Shown: positions 1-8,423 of the stretch, piece after piece | Numbering within the stretch: position 1 is the first letter of the stretch | Layout: every line of letters begins with the position of its first letter | Assembly: GCA_039679545.1 (NCBI GenBank) | Contig: JBDKUT010000087.1 | Span: 1-35,595 of the forward strand | Length of the DNA stretch: 35,595 nucleotides | DNA from: Thermotogota bacterium | Lineage (GTDB): Bacteria > Bipolaricaulota > Bipolaricaulia > UBA7950 > UBA9294 | Direction: 5' to 3' | The notes under the pieces: generated by a model | The model's database searches: none | The model's input: only the letters and a program-made list of their open reading frames with translations | What the model was told of the DNA's origin: nothing | Translations under genes and position numbers: made by a program

Positions 1-104
1 ACAAAGTGGCGCGCATCGCCGCAGCCAGGAAGCTTCTACTGCTGGCGCATGCTATCTACGAAAGTGGCGAGCCGTTCAGGGCTCCGGCCGAGGAGGTGAC
101 TTGA
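1..104 (+). CDS. IS110-family transposase/recombinase, C-terminal fragment (truncated by window start)
   Basis: Not in the ORF track. Frame starting at nt 3 reads KVARIAAARKLLLLAHAIYESGEPFRAPAEEVT* (TGA 102-104), matching the typical IS110 C-terminal pattern 'A.vA.ARKL....y.....g.py'. Confidence 0.75.
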   Translation, partial: KVARIAAARKLLLLAHAIYESGEPFRAPAEEVT

Positions 105-121
105 CATTCGATACAGCATCT
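1..121 (+). mobile_element. Right end of an IS110-family insertion sequence
   Basis: Transposase tail followed by a short end TTGACATTCGATACAGCATCT (101-121) with a perfect -35 box (TTGACA 101-106) and a terminal CT, as expected for IS110 right ends and core dinucleotide. Exact boundary is inferred. Confidence 0.6.
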
Positions 122-157
122 GACCCCATCGCCCCGAAGCAGAACCCGCGGTGCCTG

Positions 158-2395
158 TCACCAGTCGAACTCGTACGTGTAGATGCTTCCATATCCCTCT
201 AGCGTTTCGCTGATCTCGTGGACCGGAACGTCGCCTGCTACCACAGCCAGCTTGAAGCCTTGTGGCATGGCCTGACCGCACTCGTCGTAGCAGTACACCT
301 TGACGGTGTACGTACCGTGCAGAGCCGTGCCGGGATCCCAGTACACGCTCTCATCCGGATCAGCGACTTGATTCAGGCACATCCTATTCGCGTCATGCTC
401 CCAGTGCGCTCCCGCCGGCAGCGAACCATTGCCGTAGTAGATGTGGCTCCCAGCCGGGTCCCACACATGAAGGTCAAGATCGGCTCCGCTTCTCCACGAC
501 AGACGCACGCTGATGTCGCCCGACGCGAAGTAGCGTACCTCATAGGCCTCGTCCTCGATACCGACTTCTCCATAGCCGATTCGGCAGTATCCGTTCTCCC
601 CCCAGCTGGTTCCCCATGAGTTGCGCACGATCCAGCATCCGCCTTTACTGTCTCCGCCGTCGTCGAATCCGACGACTGCAACGGCATGTCCTCCGTACAG
701 GCCGAAGATGCCGTCGATGAAGGGGTCAGCATCAGGACGGCGGTACACGCCACTCTTGTAGTACATGAAGTCGCTATAGACCCACATGCGCGTGAGGACG
801 GGTCCATTCTCCACAAGACTCTGCTTGATGGCCTCGCGTGAAGTGAGCCTCCGAGCAATGCTTAGTTTGATCATGCTCGAATCCGTGTAGCATCCGCTAC
901 TGCACGGAGTAGTGACGGGGACGTACGGAAGAACGCTCTCGTTGGGTACGCCATGTTGAAGCAGCCAGACCAACGCACCCTGTAGTGACCAGCCCGTGTT
1001 GCAGCCTTTCCCGCAGCCGCACGAGAACAGACACTGCTCAGAGAGGTCAAGCCGCAAGTGCGGGTCATCCTTGGCAATCTCGGCAACGCTCTCGAGGACA
1101 GCTAGAGCCGCGTGTGACACACACGAACTGCATCTACCCTGATCGCGTATGGGGGCAGTCCAGTCGTACCCGTCCTTGTCTCGCCAGTCGAAGTGCCGCG
1201 GCGTGAACACAAGAGGGTTTACCATGCGTGTCGGGAAGAAGGCGGTCTGCGGGGATGGCTCAGCGCCGGTCAATTGCCTGGCTTCCAAGCTAGTCTTCAA
1301 GCCTGAGACGTCGGTCGGTCCGGCTTGCCAAGAGAGGTCATGCCGCGCGATCATGGCAGTGATCTGATCGATCGTCTGCTGTTCGGTGGGGAGGAGTGCC
1401 GAAACGTCTGACAACACAATCGTGCCCCTGTAGTCTGCGGAGGCAAGAAGCGTGCCATTCGGCGAGAAAGCAACTGCCCAGACCATGTTGCGATGCTCCT
1501 CCGAAGTGCTTAGCAGCCGCTTCCCGGTGCGCACATCCCACAGCTTCACTTGCCCGGTGTTGTGCCCCCGCGACGTGCTAAACGTGCCCACACCTCCCGC
1601 GGCAAGGAGACTTCCGTCTGGGGAGAAGGCTATCGCATCCACCCAGCTATAATGATTCAGCAGCCGCTTCCTCGTACTCGAACCAAGATCCCACACCAGT
1701 ACTGCCCCATCGTGGGCTCCTGCCGCTACGGTTTTCCCGTCTGGAGAGAAGGCGATGGAAGTGACGGTGTCGATGTGCTCAGCGAGGGTCTGCTGGAGCG
1801 CGCCCGTGACAATGTTCCAGATCTGGACTGCGTGGTTCGGGGACGCTGTGGCCAGCAGGGCTCCGTCCGGAGAGAAGGCCACCGGACAACCAGGCATGGA
1901 GGTGTCCGGACCCACTGCGTCCGTCTCAAATGAGCGCACGAGTTCGCTCGTCGCAAGGTCCCAGAGGCTGATGGTTCCGTCTTGGGAGCCACCTGCGAGG
2001 CTCCTACCGTCAGGAGAGAAAGCAACGGAGACCACCGGACCGCTATGGCCGTAGAGCTTCCCCATGGGCTCCCAGTTGGCCGTGCTCAGGAGTGTGACAA
2101 CGCCGTCCAACGAGCCTTCAGCGAGAATACTCCCATCTGGAGAGAAAGCTACGCAAATGATTGGTCTGGTCTCCCATTCACCGTAGACGCGGCGCAGGAG
2201 TTGCCCCGTCGCCGGATCCCACAGCTCAACCGCGTAGTTGTTTGCAGCGGCAAGCAGCCTCCCGTCTGGTGAGAAGGAGATGGAATCCGTCGCCATTTCT
2301 TGGGTTCCTACAAGCGTCAGCGGACCCCGTGCATGACAAGAGACAGCACCAATTGCGGCACACAGCACAACAAGGACAAGGCCCCTATGTCTCAT
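158..2395 (-). CDS. Secreted multidomain protein: 7x WD40 beta-propeller + papain-like C1A cysteine peptidase + YfaP/DUF2135-like C-terminal domain
   Basis: Hydrophobic signal peptide (possible lipobox AVSC); seven [VI][AS]FSP[DN]G WD40 repeats; C1A motifs FDWRD, DQGRCSSC (Gln, Cys), GGHAVAVVGF (His), RNSWGTSWGENGY (Asn); tail GDISVRLSW...DLDLHVWDP. ATG 2395 preceded by GAGGAG. Confidence 0.85.
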   Translation of the reverse strand: MRHRGLVLVVLCAAIGAVSCHARGPLTLVGTQEMATDSISFSPDGRLLAAANNYAVELWDPATGQLLRRVYGEWETRPIICVAFSPDGSILAEGSLDGVVTLLSTANWEPMGKLYGHSGPVVSVAFSPDGRSLAGGSQDGTISLWDLATSELVRSFETDAVGPDTSMPGCPVAFSPDGALLATASPNHAVQIWNIVTGALQQTLAEHIDTVTSIAFSPDGKTVAAGAHDGAVLVWDLGSSTRKRLLNHYSWVDAIAFSPDGSLLAAGGVGTFSTSRGHNTGQVKLWDVRTGKRLLSTSEEHRNMVWAVAFSPNGTLLASADYRGTIVLSDVSALLPTEQQTIDQITAMIARHDLSWQAGPTDVSGLKTSLEARQLTGAEPSPQTAFFPTRMVNPLVFTPRHFDWRDKDGYDWTAPIRDQGRCSSCVSHAALAVLESVAEIAKDDPHLRLDLSEQCLFSCGCGKGCNTGWSLQGALVWLLQHGVPNESVLPYVPVTTPCSSGCYTDSSMIKLSIARRLTSREAIKQSLVENGPVLTRMWVYSDFMYYKSGVYRRPDADPFIDGIFGLYGGHAVAVVGFDDGGDSKGGCWIVRNSWGTSWGENGYCRIGYGEVGIEDEAYEVRYFASGDISVRLSWRSGADLDLHVWDPAGSHIYYGNGSLPAGAHWEHDANRMCLNQVADPDESVYWDPGTALHGTYTVKVYCYDECGQAMPQGFKLAVVAGDVPVHEISETLEGYGSIYTYEFDW

Positions 2396-2425
2396 CCCTC
2401 TCCTCACATTGACGAAGAGTGTTAC

Positions 2426-2454
2426 AGCCTAGGGATTCATGCACCACGAGTCAA
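2426..2454 (-). promoter_or_regulatory. Putative sigma70 promoter of the WD40-protease gene
   Basis: Minus strand TTGACT (2454-2449), 17-nt spacer, TAGGCT (2431-2426), about 30 nt upstream of the ATG. Confidence 0.5.
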
Positions 2455-2591
2455 CCTCTCGCTCTGCCTCGCCGAAGCGGGTACGCCTGACGTCACCATA
2501 CCAAGAACTTTCGTGAGGCAGTTCTCGGTACACCTCTAGGTAGTGCGCTTTCTGAGCACAGAACCAGTCACTCCAACTTCAGTACGGCGCC

Positions 2592-2601
2592 GGGGTCAGA
2601 T
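2592..2601. repeat. GGGGTCAGAT motif, perfect inverted copy of ATCTGACCCC at 118-127; possible REP-like/IS110 target motif
   Basis: Direct sequence comparison; both copies are intergenic and bracket the WD40-protease gene. Confidence 0.4.
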
Positions 2602-2858
2602 CTTCACTTTTGGCCTTTGCCCCATCCAGGTAGCCGCTCTGTCCTTGCGGGAAGCCGCTGAGTCGCCCGCGTGCTGTTGCGAAGTGGCGCTCGCCGCCTT
2701 CGATCTCCCACTCAAGACTCTTCAGCGACCGAATGTCACCATCGTTGCAGTGCTGCAACCTGTCAGCGGCTGCGAGGCTCTCGCGATGAGACGATGTGAG
2801 GACGAATGGCAGCGATCCTTGTCTCGGCTCGGTGGCGTTGAGCAGGGAGGACGAAACG

Positions 2859-3614
2859 GTGGAAGAGAGGGTCTTCATCGATTGCGGCGGCAAGAAGCTC
2901 AGCGCGATTCACCGAACCTGCGGTGGAGCATCGAAGGCGCTCGTGATCATGGTGCACGGCGGGCCGGGCGGCGACAAGCGCGGGCCTCTTGGGCTGTTCG
3001 ATGTCCTCGCGGAGAAGCTGGAAGCAGAGCTTGGGCTCTCGAGTCTGCGCTTCGACTTCATGGGGTACGGCGAGAGCGATGGGACGCCGCTTGACATGAC
3101 GCTTCACTTGCGTGCCGAGGAGCTCGGCTGTGTCGTGGAGTGGGCGCGGGAGCAGGGGTACGAGAAGCTGGCGCTCGTCGCGGAGAGCCTCGGCGCATCG
3201 GTGGCACTGAAGGCCGAGCGGCCGGAGATTGATGTGCTCGTCTTCCTGTGGCCGGCGGTCGTTCTCTCGGACACGGACCTCAAGGCGTACTTCAGCCCAG
3301 AGCGGCAGGCCGAACTTTCCGAGCGCGGATACCTTCTCGAGGGGGATATCCCGGTTTGCGCGGAGTTCGTGCGCGAATGCCGCGACGAGGACCTCGTTCC
3401 AGCGCTCGGCCGGATACTCGTCCCGACCCTCATCGTGCACGGCGACGCCGACCAGTGCGTTCCCGTCGCTCAGGCGAAGATGGTGCACGAGCGAATCAAG
3501 GCGCCGAAGAGGCTCGTCATCGTGCCCGGTGGCGGCCACAGCCTGGGCCGCCCGGCAGAACGCGCGATCGTCCTCGAGGCCACGCTTGGCTGGCTGGAGA
3601 AGCACTTGCTGTAG
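2859..3614 (+). CDS. Alpha/beta-fold hydrolase
   Basis: VHGGPG oxyanion region, RFDFMGYGESDG, nucleophile elbow AESLG, HGDADQCVP (Asp), GGGHSL (His). GTG 2859 preceded by GGGAGG. Confidence 0.85.
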   Translation: MEERVFIDCGGKKLSAIHRTCGGASKALVIMVHGGPGGDKRGPLGLFDVLAEKLEAELGLSSLRFDFMGYGESDGTPLDMTLHLRAEELGCVVEWAREQGYEKLALVAESLGASVALKAERPEIDVLVFLWPAVVLSDTDLKAYFSPERQAELSERGYLLEGDIPVCAEFVRECRDEDLVPALGRILVPTLIVHGDADQCVPVAQAKMVHERIKAPKRLVIVPGGGHSLGRPAERAIVLEATLGWLEKHLL

Positions 3615-3701
3615 AGGGGGCTCCGGGGGCACGGCCGGGCCTAGCGATCCCGCATCAATCGACTCGACAAGGCATCGAGCGCACGGCGATTTGTGTTCTA
3701 C

Positions 3702-3730
3702 TTGTCTCGGAACGGGGTACTGTTTAGCAT
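3702..3730 (+). promoter_or_regulatory. Putative sigma70 promoter of the fic gene
   Basis: TTGTCT (3702-3707), 17-nt spacer, TAGCAT (3725-3730) in a locally AT-rich intergenic stretch. Confidence 0.4.
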
Positions 3731-3795
3731 TGCAGGCCTAAGTCTTAATAGTGAGAGCGGCTATTCAGAGTTTGTGAACAGAAGGCCGGGGTGTC

Positions 3796-4956
3796 GTGGA
3801 ACGAGGAGAGACAGGTCGTTACGAGATCACCAACGCCGGAGGCGAGAAAGTGCGCGCCTTCGTCCCCGCCCCTTTGCCGCCTGTTCCACCTCTTGTGCTT
3901 GGTGGGTCACTCGGACAGGAGCTGGAGTCGGCGGTCCTCGCTCTGGGGCGACTCGACGGGGTCTCCGCATTGCTCCCCGACAAGACGCTCTTCCTCTATT
4001 CCTATGTGCGCAGAGAAGCCATTCTCTCCTCTCAGATCGAGGGTACACAGTCGTCGTTTTCCGATCTCCTTCTCGTTGAGCTTGATGAGGCGCCGGGCGT
4101 TCCCCTCGATGACGTCCTTGAGGTGTCGAACTACGTTGCCGCTCTTGAGTATGGGCTGGAGCGCCTCCGCGGAGGGTTTCCGCTCTCCAACCGCCTGATC
4201 CGCGAGATCCACAGCGTCCTCCTCTCCCGCGGACGAGGGAGCGAGAGAAGCTCGGGGGAGTTCCGCCGCTCGCAGAACTGGATCGGCGGCACGCGGCCGG
4301 GCAACGCGGTCTTTGTCCCGCCTCCTCACCTGGAGGTCCCCAACTCCATGGGCGCGTTGGAGCAGTTCCTTCACGCCAGGGATGACGGCCTGCCTGTCCT
4401 CGCCCGGGCGGGGCTCGCGCACGTGCAGTTCGAGACGATCCACCCGTTCCTCGATGGCAATGGCCGTGTAGGGAGGTTGCTCATCACATTCTTGCTCTGC
4501 CATGCCGGCCTTCTGCAGGAGCCGCTTCTGTATCTGAGCCTCTACTTGAAAGAGAACCGAAGCACGTACTACGAACTCCTCGACCGCGTGCGCCGCACGG
4601 GGGACTGGGAGGTGTGGCTTGCCTTCTTCTTTGCCGGGGTGAAAGCCACGGCTGAGGGTGCGGTCTCGACGTCGCATCGCCTGGGAGAGCTGTTCCGAGA
4701 GGATCGGGCGAAGATCGAGCCGAGCGGACGCCGTGTTGGATCCGCGCTCCGTGTACACGAAGCCTTGAAGGCCCGCCCGATCCTGTCTCTACCCCAAGCC
4801 CACCTCGACACGGGCCTGTCCTTCCCGGCGGTATCCTCCGCGATGGATCTCCTTGCCGAACTGGGCATTGCGCGTGAGTTCACGGGCAAGCGGCGGAACC
4901 GTCTGTTTGTGTATGACCGCTATCTCGCCATCCTGAACGAAGGGATGACCGCATAG
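3796..4956 (+). CDS. Fic family protein (AMPylase-type motif) with N-terminal inhibitory helix and probable C-terminal wHTH
   Basis: Canonical HPFLDGNGRVGR motif; SSQIEG fits the (S/T)xxxE(G/N) inhibitory motif; GEFRRSQNWIGG; tail TGKRRNRLFVYDRYL. Confidence 0.92.
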   Translation: MERGETGRYEITNAGGEKVRAFVPAPLPPVPPLVLGGSLGQELESAVLALGRLDGVSALLPDKTLFLYSYVRREAILSSQIEGTQSSFSDLLLVELDEAPGVPLDDVLEVSNYVAALEYGLERLRGGFPLSNRLIREIHSVLLSRGRGSERSSGEFRRSQNWIGGTRPGNAVFVPPPHLEVPNSMGALEQFLHARDDGLPVLARAGLAHVQFETIHPFLDGNGRVGRLLITFLLCHAGLLQEPLLYLSLYLKENRSTYYELLDRVRRTGDWEVWLAFFFAGVKATAEGAVSTSHRLGELFREDRAKIEPSGRRVGSALRVHEALKARPILSLPQAHLDTGLSFPAVSSAMDLLAELGIAREFTGKRRNRLFVYDRYLAILNEGMTA

Positions 4957-4992
4957 CCTCTTAGGCTCCTCAGGACTCAGTCTTGGCCAGCT

Positions 4993-5448
4993 CTACTCGG
5001 CGGCCCCGGCCAGCTTCTCTCCCAGCTCCCGGCAGGCGCGCAGCACGGCGGCCGTCGGCTTGCCGCGCGACTCGATGGTCTCGCCCACTTGCTTGCCGCC
5101 GACGTACTTGAACAGCTTCTCGAACGGCTCGCGCACGTTGCCACCGCCCCCGTGTGAGTAGAAGAGTCCGTACGGTTTCCCTTCGAGGCCCTGCCGATCC
5201 TTCCCTTTGGCGATGTACCAATCGTCGGCGAAGGTCTTCAGCCCGCCGGCGACGTACCCGAAGTAGTCGGGCGTTCCGAATGCCACGGCGTCCGTCTTGC
5301 GGTACTGGTCCGGGTCGAAGCGGTGCTCGTTCGTGTTGACCAGCTTGACCTTGGCTCCCGCTTCGCGGGCGCCCTCCGCCACGGCCTCGGCCATGGCCTG
5401 GGTGTTGCCGTGCTCTTGTGAGTGGTAGAGAACGAGGACGAGACTCAT
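4993..5448 (-). CDS. Flavodoxin / WrbA-like NAD(P)H-dependent FMN protein
   Basis: FMN phosphate loop YHSQEHGNTQAMAEAVAEG, FGTPDYFG, FYSHGGGG; ATG 5448 preceded by AAGGAGG. Confidence 0.85.
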   Translation of the reverse strand: MSLVLVLYHSQEHGNTQAMAEAVAEGAREAGAKVKLVNTNEHRFDPDQYRKTDAVAFGTPDYFGYVAGGLKTFADDWYIAKGKDRQGLEGKPYGLFYSHGGGGNVREPFEKLFKYVGGKQVGETIESRGKPTAAVLRACRELGEKLAGAAE

Positions 5449-5589
5449 TCCGGCCTCCTTGTCAGTCAATCTTGATTTGTCTGCAAGAGAGTATCGAACT
5501 TTCGAATCGGCGCGAATCCCGCCCGCGACGATGCCTCTGTCGTGACGGGGATCGGGGCGTGTCCGCGATCGACCGTGCGTGCCCTGTTC

Positions 5590-5675
5590 AACCATCCGAC
5601 GCAGGCTGTATTACGTTCCAGTACCTGGCGGACCCGGAAGACAGCGCAATCGAGATCCAGCGCCAGGAGCGCTGA
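5590..5675 (+). pseudogene. Probable remnant (C-terminus only) of a VOC/glyoxalase family gene
   Basis: Reads DAGCITFQYLADPEDSAIEIQRQER*, resembling the VOC terminal motif 'F.Y..DPEGN.IE.Q'; no credible N-terminus or start. Confidence 0.4.
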
Positions 5676-5918
5676 AGCGCTACGCCCTGCAAGCGCACGG
5701 CCGGCGCCGCCAACATGCTTTTGATGGCTGATCTCCTCAGGCCCAGCGACTGAAGCGCACCGCCTTCCTCCGGCGGACTCCGAAGGGCCTTCCGCGCGTC
5801 CGAAAACAGCGACTGGGCTGCTGCGGCGGCAGGTGCACAGAGGGGCAATCCTTCATCGTCGGGGCCCTTGTTCGTTGTAGAATTGCGAAGCGAGGTCGAC
5901 AGCGGAAGGGGATGAAGT

Positions 5919-6377
5919 ATGGCAGGTGAAGTGCGTTACGGCCCGAATCGGGATGAGATCGTTGCGAAGGTCCTCGATGGCGAAGCCATCATGATCAACC
6001 TGGCGAAAGGCATCTACTACAGCCTCGATGGCGCCGGGGGAAGGATCTGGGAACTTCTTGAGGACGGGAGAAGCGCAGACGAGATCGCCGCCGTGATCGC
6101 TTCCGAGTTCGACGTCATGGCAGAACGTGCACAGGTCGACGTCAACTGCATCCTTCGTGAGCTGCAGAGAGAGGGCCTTCTGCGAGCCGCCCCCAGCAGC
6201 GAGCCGGCGCCGTCTGAGGCGCCAAGTTGCGGACAACTCCATGGAAGGCAGTCCTACCGTAAGCCGAAGCTTACGGTGTATCGAGACATGGCTGATCTGC
6301 TCGCCCTTGAACCCCCCACGCCCGGAACCGATCAAGAGGAGCTCTGGCAGGGCTTCGAGAAGAAGGCAGGTGGCTAG
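5919..6377 (+). CDS. PqqD family / RiPP recognition element (RRE) protein with C-terminal leader-peptide-like extension
   Basis: PqqD pattern DGEAIMINL..GIYYSLD..G.RIWELL..G.S..EI...I..EFDV.......DV...L..L...GLL, a linker, then YRKPKLTVYRDMADLLALEPP. Confidence 0.88.
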   Translation: MAGEVRYGPNRDEIVAKVLDGEAIMINLAKGIYYSLDGAGGRIWELLEDGRSADEIAAVIASEFDVMAERAQVDVNCILRELQREGLLRAAPSSEPAPSEAPSCGQLHGRQSYRKPKLTVYRDMADLLALEPPTPGTDQEELWQGFEKKAGG

Positions 6378-6394
6378 CCCCGCGGCGCTATGGA

Positions 6395-7114
6395 ATGCCC
6401 GAAGACCTGAGAGGGCCACGTATCAGTTGCATCATCCCGACCTTCAATACCGCGCCGTTTCTTGGAGAGGCCATCGAGAGCGTGCTTGAGCAAACCTATC
6501 CTCTCCTGGAGATCCTCGTCGTCGATGACGGGTCCACGGATCGCACCGCGGACGTCGTGCGATCGTTCGGCACCAGGCTCGCCTACTTGGCTCGGCCGCA
6601 CTTGGGAGCGTCGGCGGCGATGAATGCAGGGATTCGCGCTGCCTGCGGCGCGTACATTGCCTTCCTCGACGCGGACGATCTTTGGCATCGAGAGAAGCTG
6701 TCGCGGCAGATGGACTGGCTCGCCCAGAGGGGTGAAGTCGATCTCTGTTTCACTCAGTACCGCAACTTCTGGGTCTCCGAACTCGCCGAGGAAGAGAGGC
6801 TGTACGAAGGAAGCCTCCTCGCTCGGCCCACGTCAGGGTGGAGCGTCTCCACCCTGTTGACCCGCCGGGAGATCTTCGAGCGCTTTGGTTTCTTCGAAGA
6901 GAGCGTGGAAGAGAAGCACCTACAACTCATCTGGGCTCTGCGAGCTGCGCAGCAGGGGGCGGTTGTGGACGTGATTCCCGAGGTCCTCATGGACAGACGG
7001 CTGCACCCTGGGAACATCTCGCGGAGTTGGACAATGGATGAGGGCTTCTTCCGGCTTCTCAGGACCTGGCGGGACTTCAAGACGAAAGAGGCCGAGGCGT
7101 CAGATGAGGAGTAA
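6395..7114 (+). CDS. Glycosyltransferase family 2 (GT-A fold)
   Basis: ISCIIPTFN, EAIESVLEQT, VVDDGSTD, AFLDADDLW. Confidence 0.9.
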   Translation: MPEDLRGPRISCIIPTFNTAPFLGEAIESVLEQTYPLLEILVVDDGSTDRTADVVRSFGTRLAYLARPHLGASAAMNAGIRAACGAYIAFLDADDLWHREKLSRQMDWLAQRGEVDLCFTQYRNFWVSELAEEERLYEGSLLARPTSGWSVSTLLTRREIFERFGFFEESVEEKHLQLIWALRAAQQGAVVDVIPEVLMDRRLHPGNISRSWTMDEGFFRLLRTWRDFKTKEAEASDEE

Positions 7115-7225
7115 CCACCGTGGGAGGCCGGGACGTTCGTACGCCTCGCGGCGATGTCGTTGCGGAGGGGCGAGTCGGGCACGAAGACACCTGGGGAGTC
7201 GACCGCTCAAGCGAGGAGGCGGCCG

Positions 7226-8350
7226 ATGCGCGTGATGTTCTGGTCCGCGGTCTTCTGGCCCTCCATCGGCGGAGTGCAGACCATGGCAGGCGACCTACTC
7301 ATCGCTCTGCGGGAGCGCGGCCATGAGTTTGTCGTGGTCACGGAGCGGGACAGGCCCGACCTGCCGGCGGAGGACCAGTACGAGGGGATTCCCGTCTATC
7401 GATTCCCGTTTGCAGCGGTTCTGAGAAACGCCGAGCGGTTGATGAGGGTTCGAAGCGAGGTCATCCGGCTGAAGCGCGAGTTCGCCGCCGATCTCTTCCA
7501 CTCCTTTGCCGTGAGTGCCAACGATTTTCTGCACCACACGACTCAGGATGTGCATCCTGCTCCTTGGCTTGTCACTCTTCATGGCGCGTGGCCGGACAGC
7601 TGTGACTCCTTCGTTCGAAGGACCCTCACGAGCGCGAACTGGGTCGTCGGCTGCTCGGCGGCGATCCTGGAGCGGGGGCGCGAGCTAGCACCGGAGATCT
7701 CCTCTCACTCCTCCGTGATCTACAACGCGCAGGAGCCCGGTTCCTACCGACCGAGTCCCCTACGGCTTGATCCGCCCGTCTTGCTCTACGTTGGAAGGCT
7801 CTCTCGAGAAAAAGGGGTCGACGTCGCACTCGAGGCTCTCGCCATCCTGGTCCCTCGGTTTCCGAGGATTCGGCTGGTCATCGCGGGCGACGGACCGGAG
7901 CAAGGCGCGCTCCTGCAGCAGATGGATCGGTTGAAGCTGGGATCTGCCGTTCAGTTCCTAGGATGGGTCGCCCCCGAACGGGTGCCGGCACTCCTCGATG
8001 AGGCTTCCATGGTGATCCTGCCCTCTCGGGAGGAGTCCTTCCCCGTCGTTGGATTGCAGGCGGCTCTCATGGAACGGCCGGCCGTAGCGACGCGCACCGG
8101 AGGAGTCCCCGAGATGATTCGGAACCGGAAGACAGGCCTCCTCGTTGAGAGAGAGAATCCCAAGGCACTTGCGGACGCCGTGGTCAGCCTGCTCGGACGC
8201 CCTGACGATGCGCGGCGGATGGGGAGCGCTGCACGGAGGCGGGCGGTCGAGGTGTTCAACTTCGAGAAGCACGTCCGGGCGTACGACGAGTTGTACCACA
8301 TGCTTGTGCCCAACAAGGGCGAAAAGAATGCCGGCAGGCGATCGCTGTGA
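7226..8350 (+). CDS. Glycosyltransferase family 4 (GT-B fold)
   Basis: FWPSIGGVQ, YVGRLSREKG, IAGDGPE, LPSREESFPVVGLQA, GGVPEMI...TGLLV; ATG 7226 preceded by GAGGAGG. Confidence 0.9.
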   Translation: MRVMFWSAVFWPSIGGVQTMAGDLLIALRERGHEFVVVTERDRPDLPAEDQYEGIPVYRFPFAAVLRNAERLMRVRSEVIRLKREFAADLFHSFAVSANDFLHHTTQDVHPAPWLVTLHGAWPDSCDSFVRRTLTSANWVVGCSAAILERGRELAPEISSHSSVIYNAQEPGSYRPSPLRLDPPVLLYVGRLSREKGVDVALEALAILVPRFPRIRLVIAGDGPEQGALLQQMDRLKLGSAVQFLGWVAPERVPALLDEASMVILPSREESFPVVGLQAALMERPAVATRTGGVPEMIRNRKTGLLVERENPKALADAVVSLLGRPDDARRMGSAARRRAVEVFNFEKHVRAYDELYHMLVPNKGEKNAGRRSL

Positions 8351-8423
8351 CGGTGAAGGCGGGGGCGGCTCTCCGAGTGACGCTTCGGCCTCCGACGTCT
8401 CCGGCGCCTGTTTGAGGAGAGCC

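Noticed and set aside
1400..2300. Repeated GGAGAGAA(G/A)GC-like DNA units considered as a repeat array or CRISPR
   Set aside because: They are the codons of the AFSPDG WD40 repeats inside a CDS. No CRISPR array, tRNA or rRNA was seen in the window.
2543..2893. Short ORFs between the protease and hydrolase genes (2579-2893 minus, 2543-3094 plus)
   Set aside because: They overlap the hydrolase, lack a clear RBS and show no recognisable family; a decayed gene cannot be excluded.
5588..5848. 86-aa minus-strand ORF upstream of the RRE gene considered as a precursor
   Set aside because: TTG start, opposite strand, no YxxPxL or other leader signature.
7120..7326. 68-aa ORF between GT2 and GT4 considered as a RiPP precursor
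   Set aside because: Overlaps GT4 by about 100 nt, has no RBS and no leader motif.
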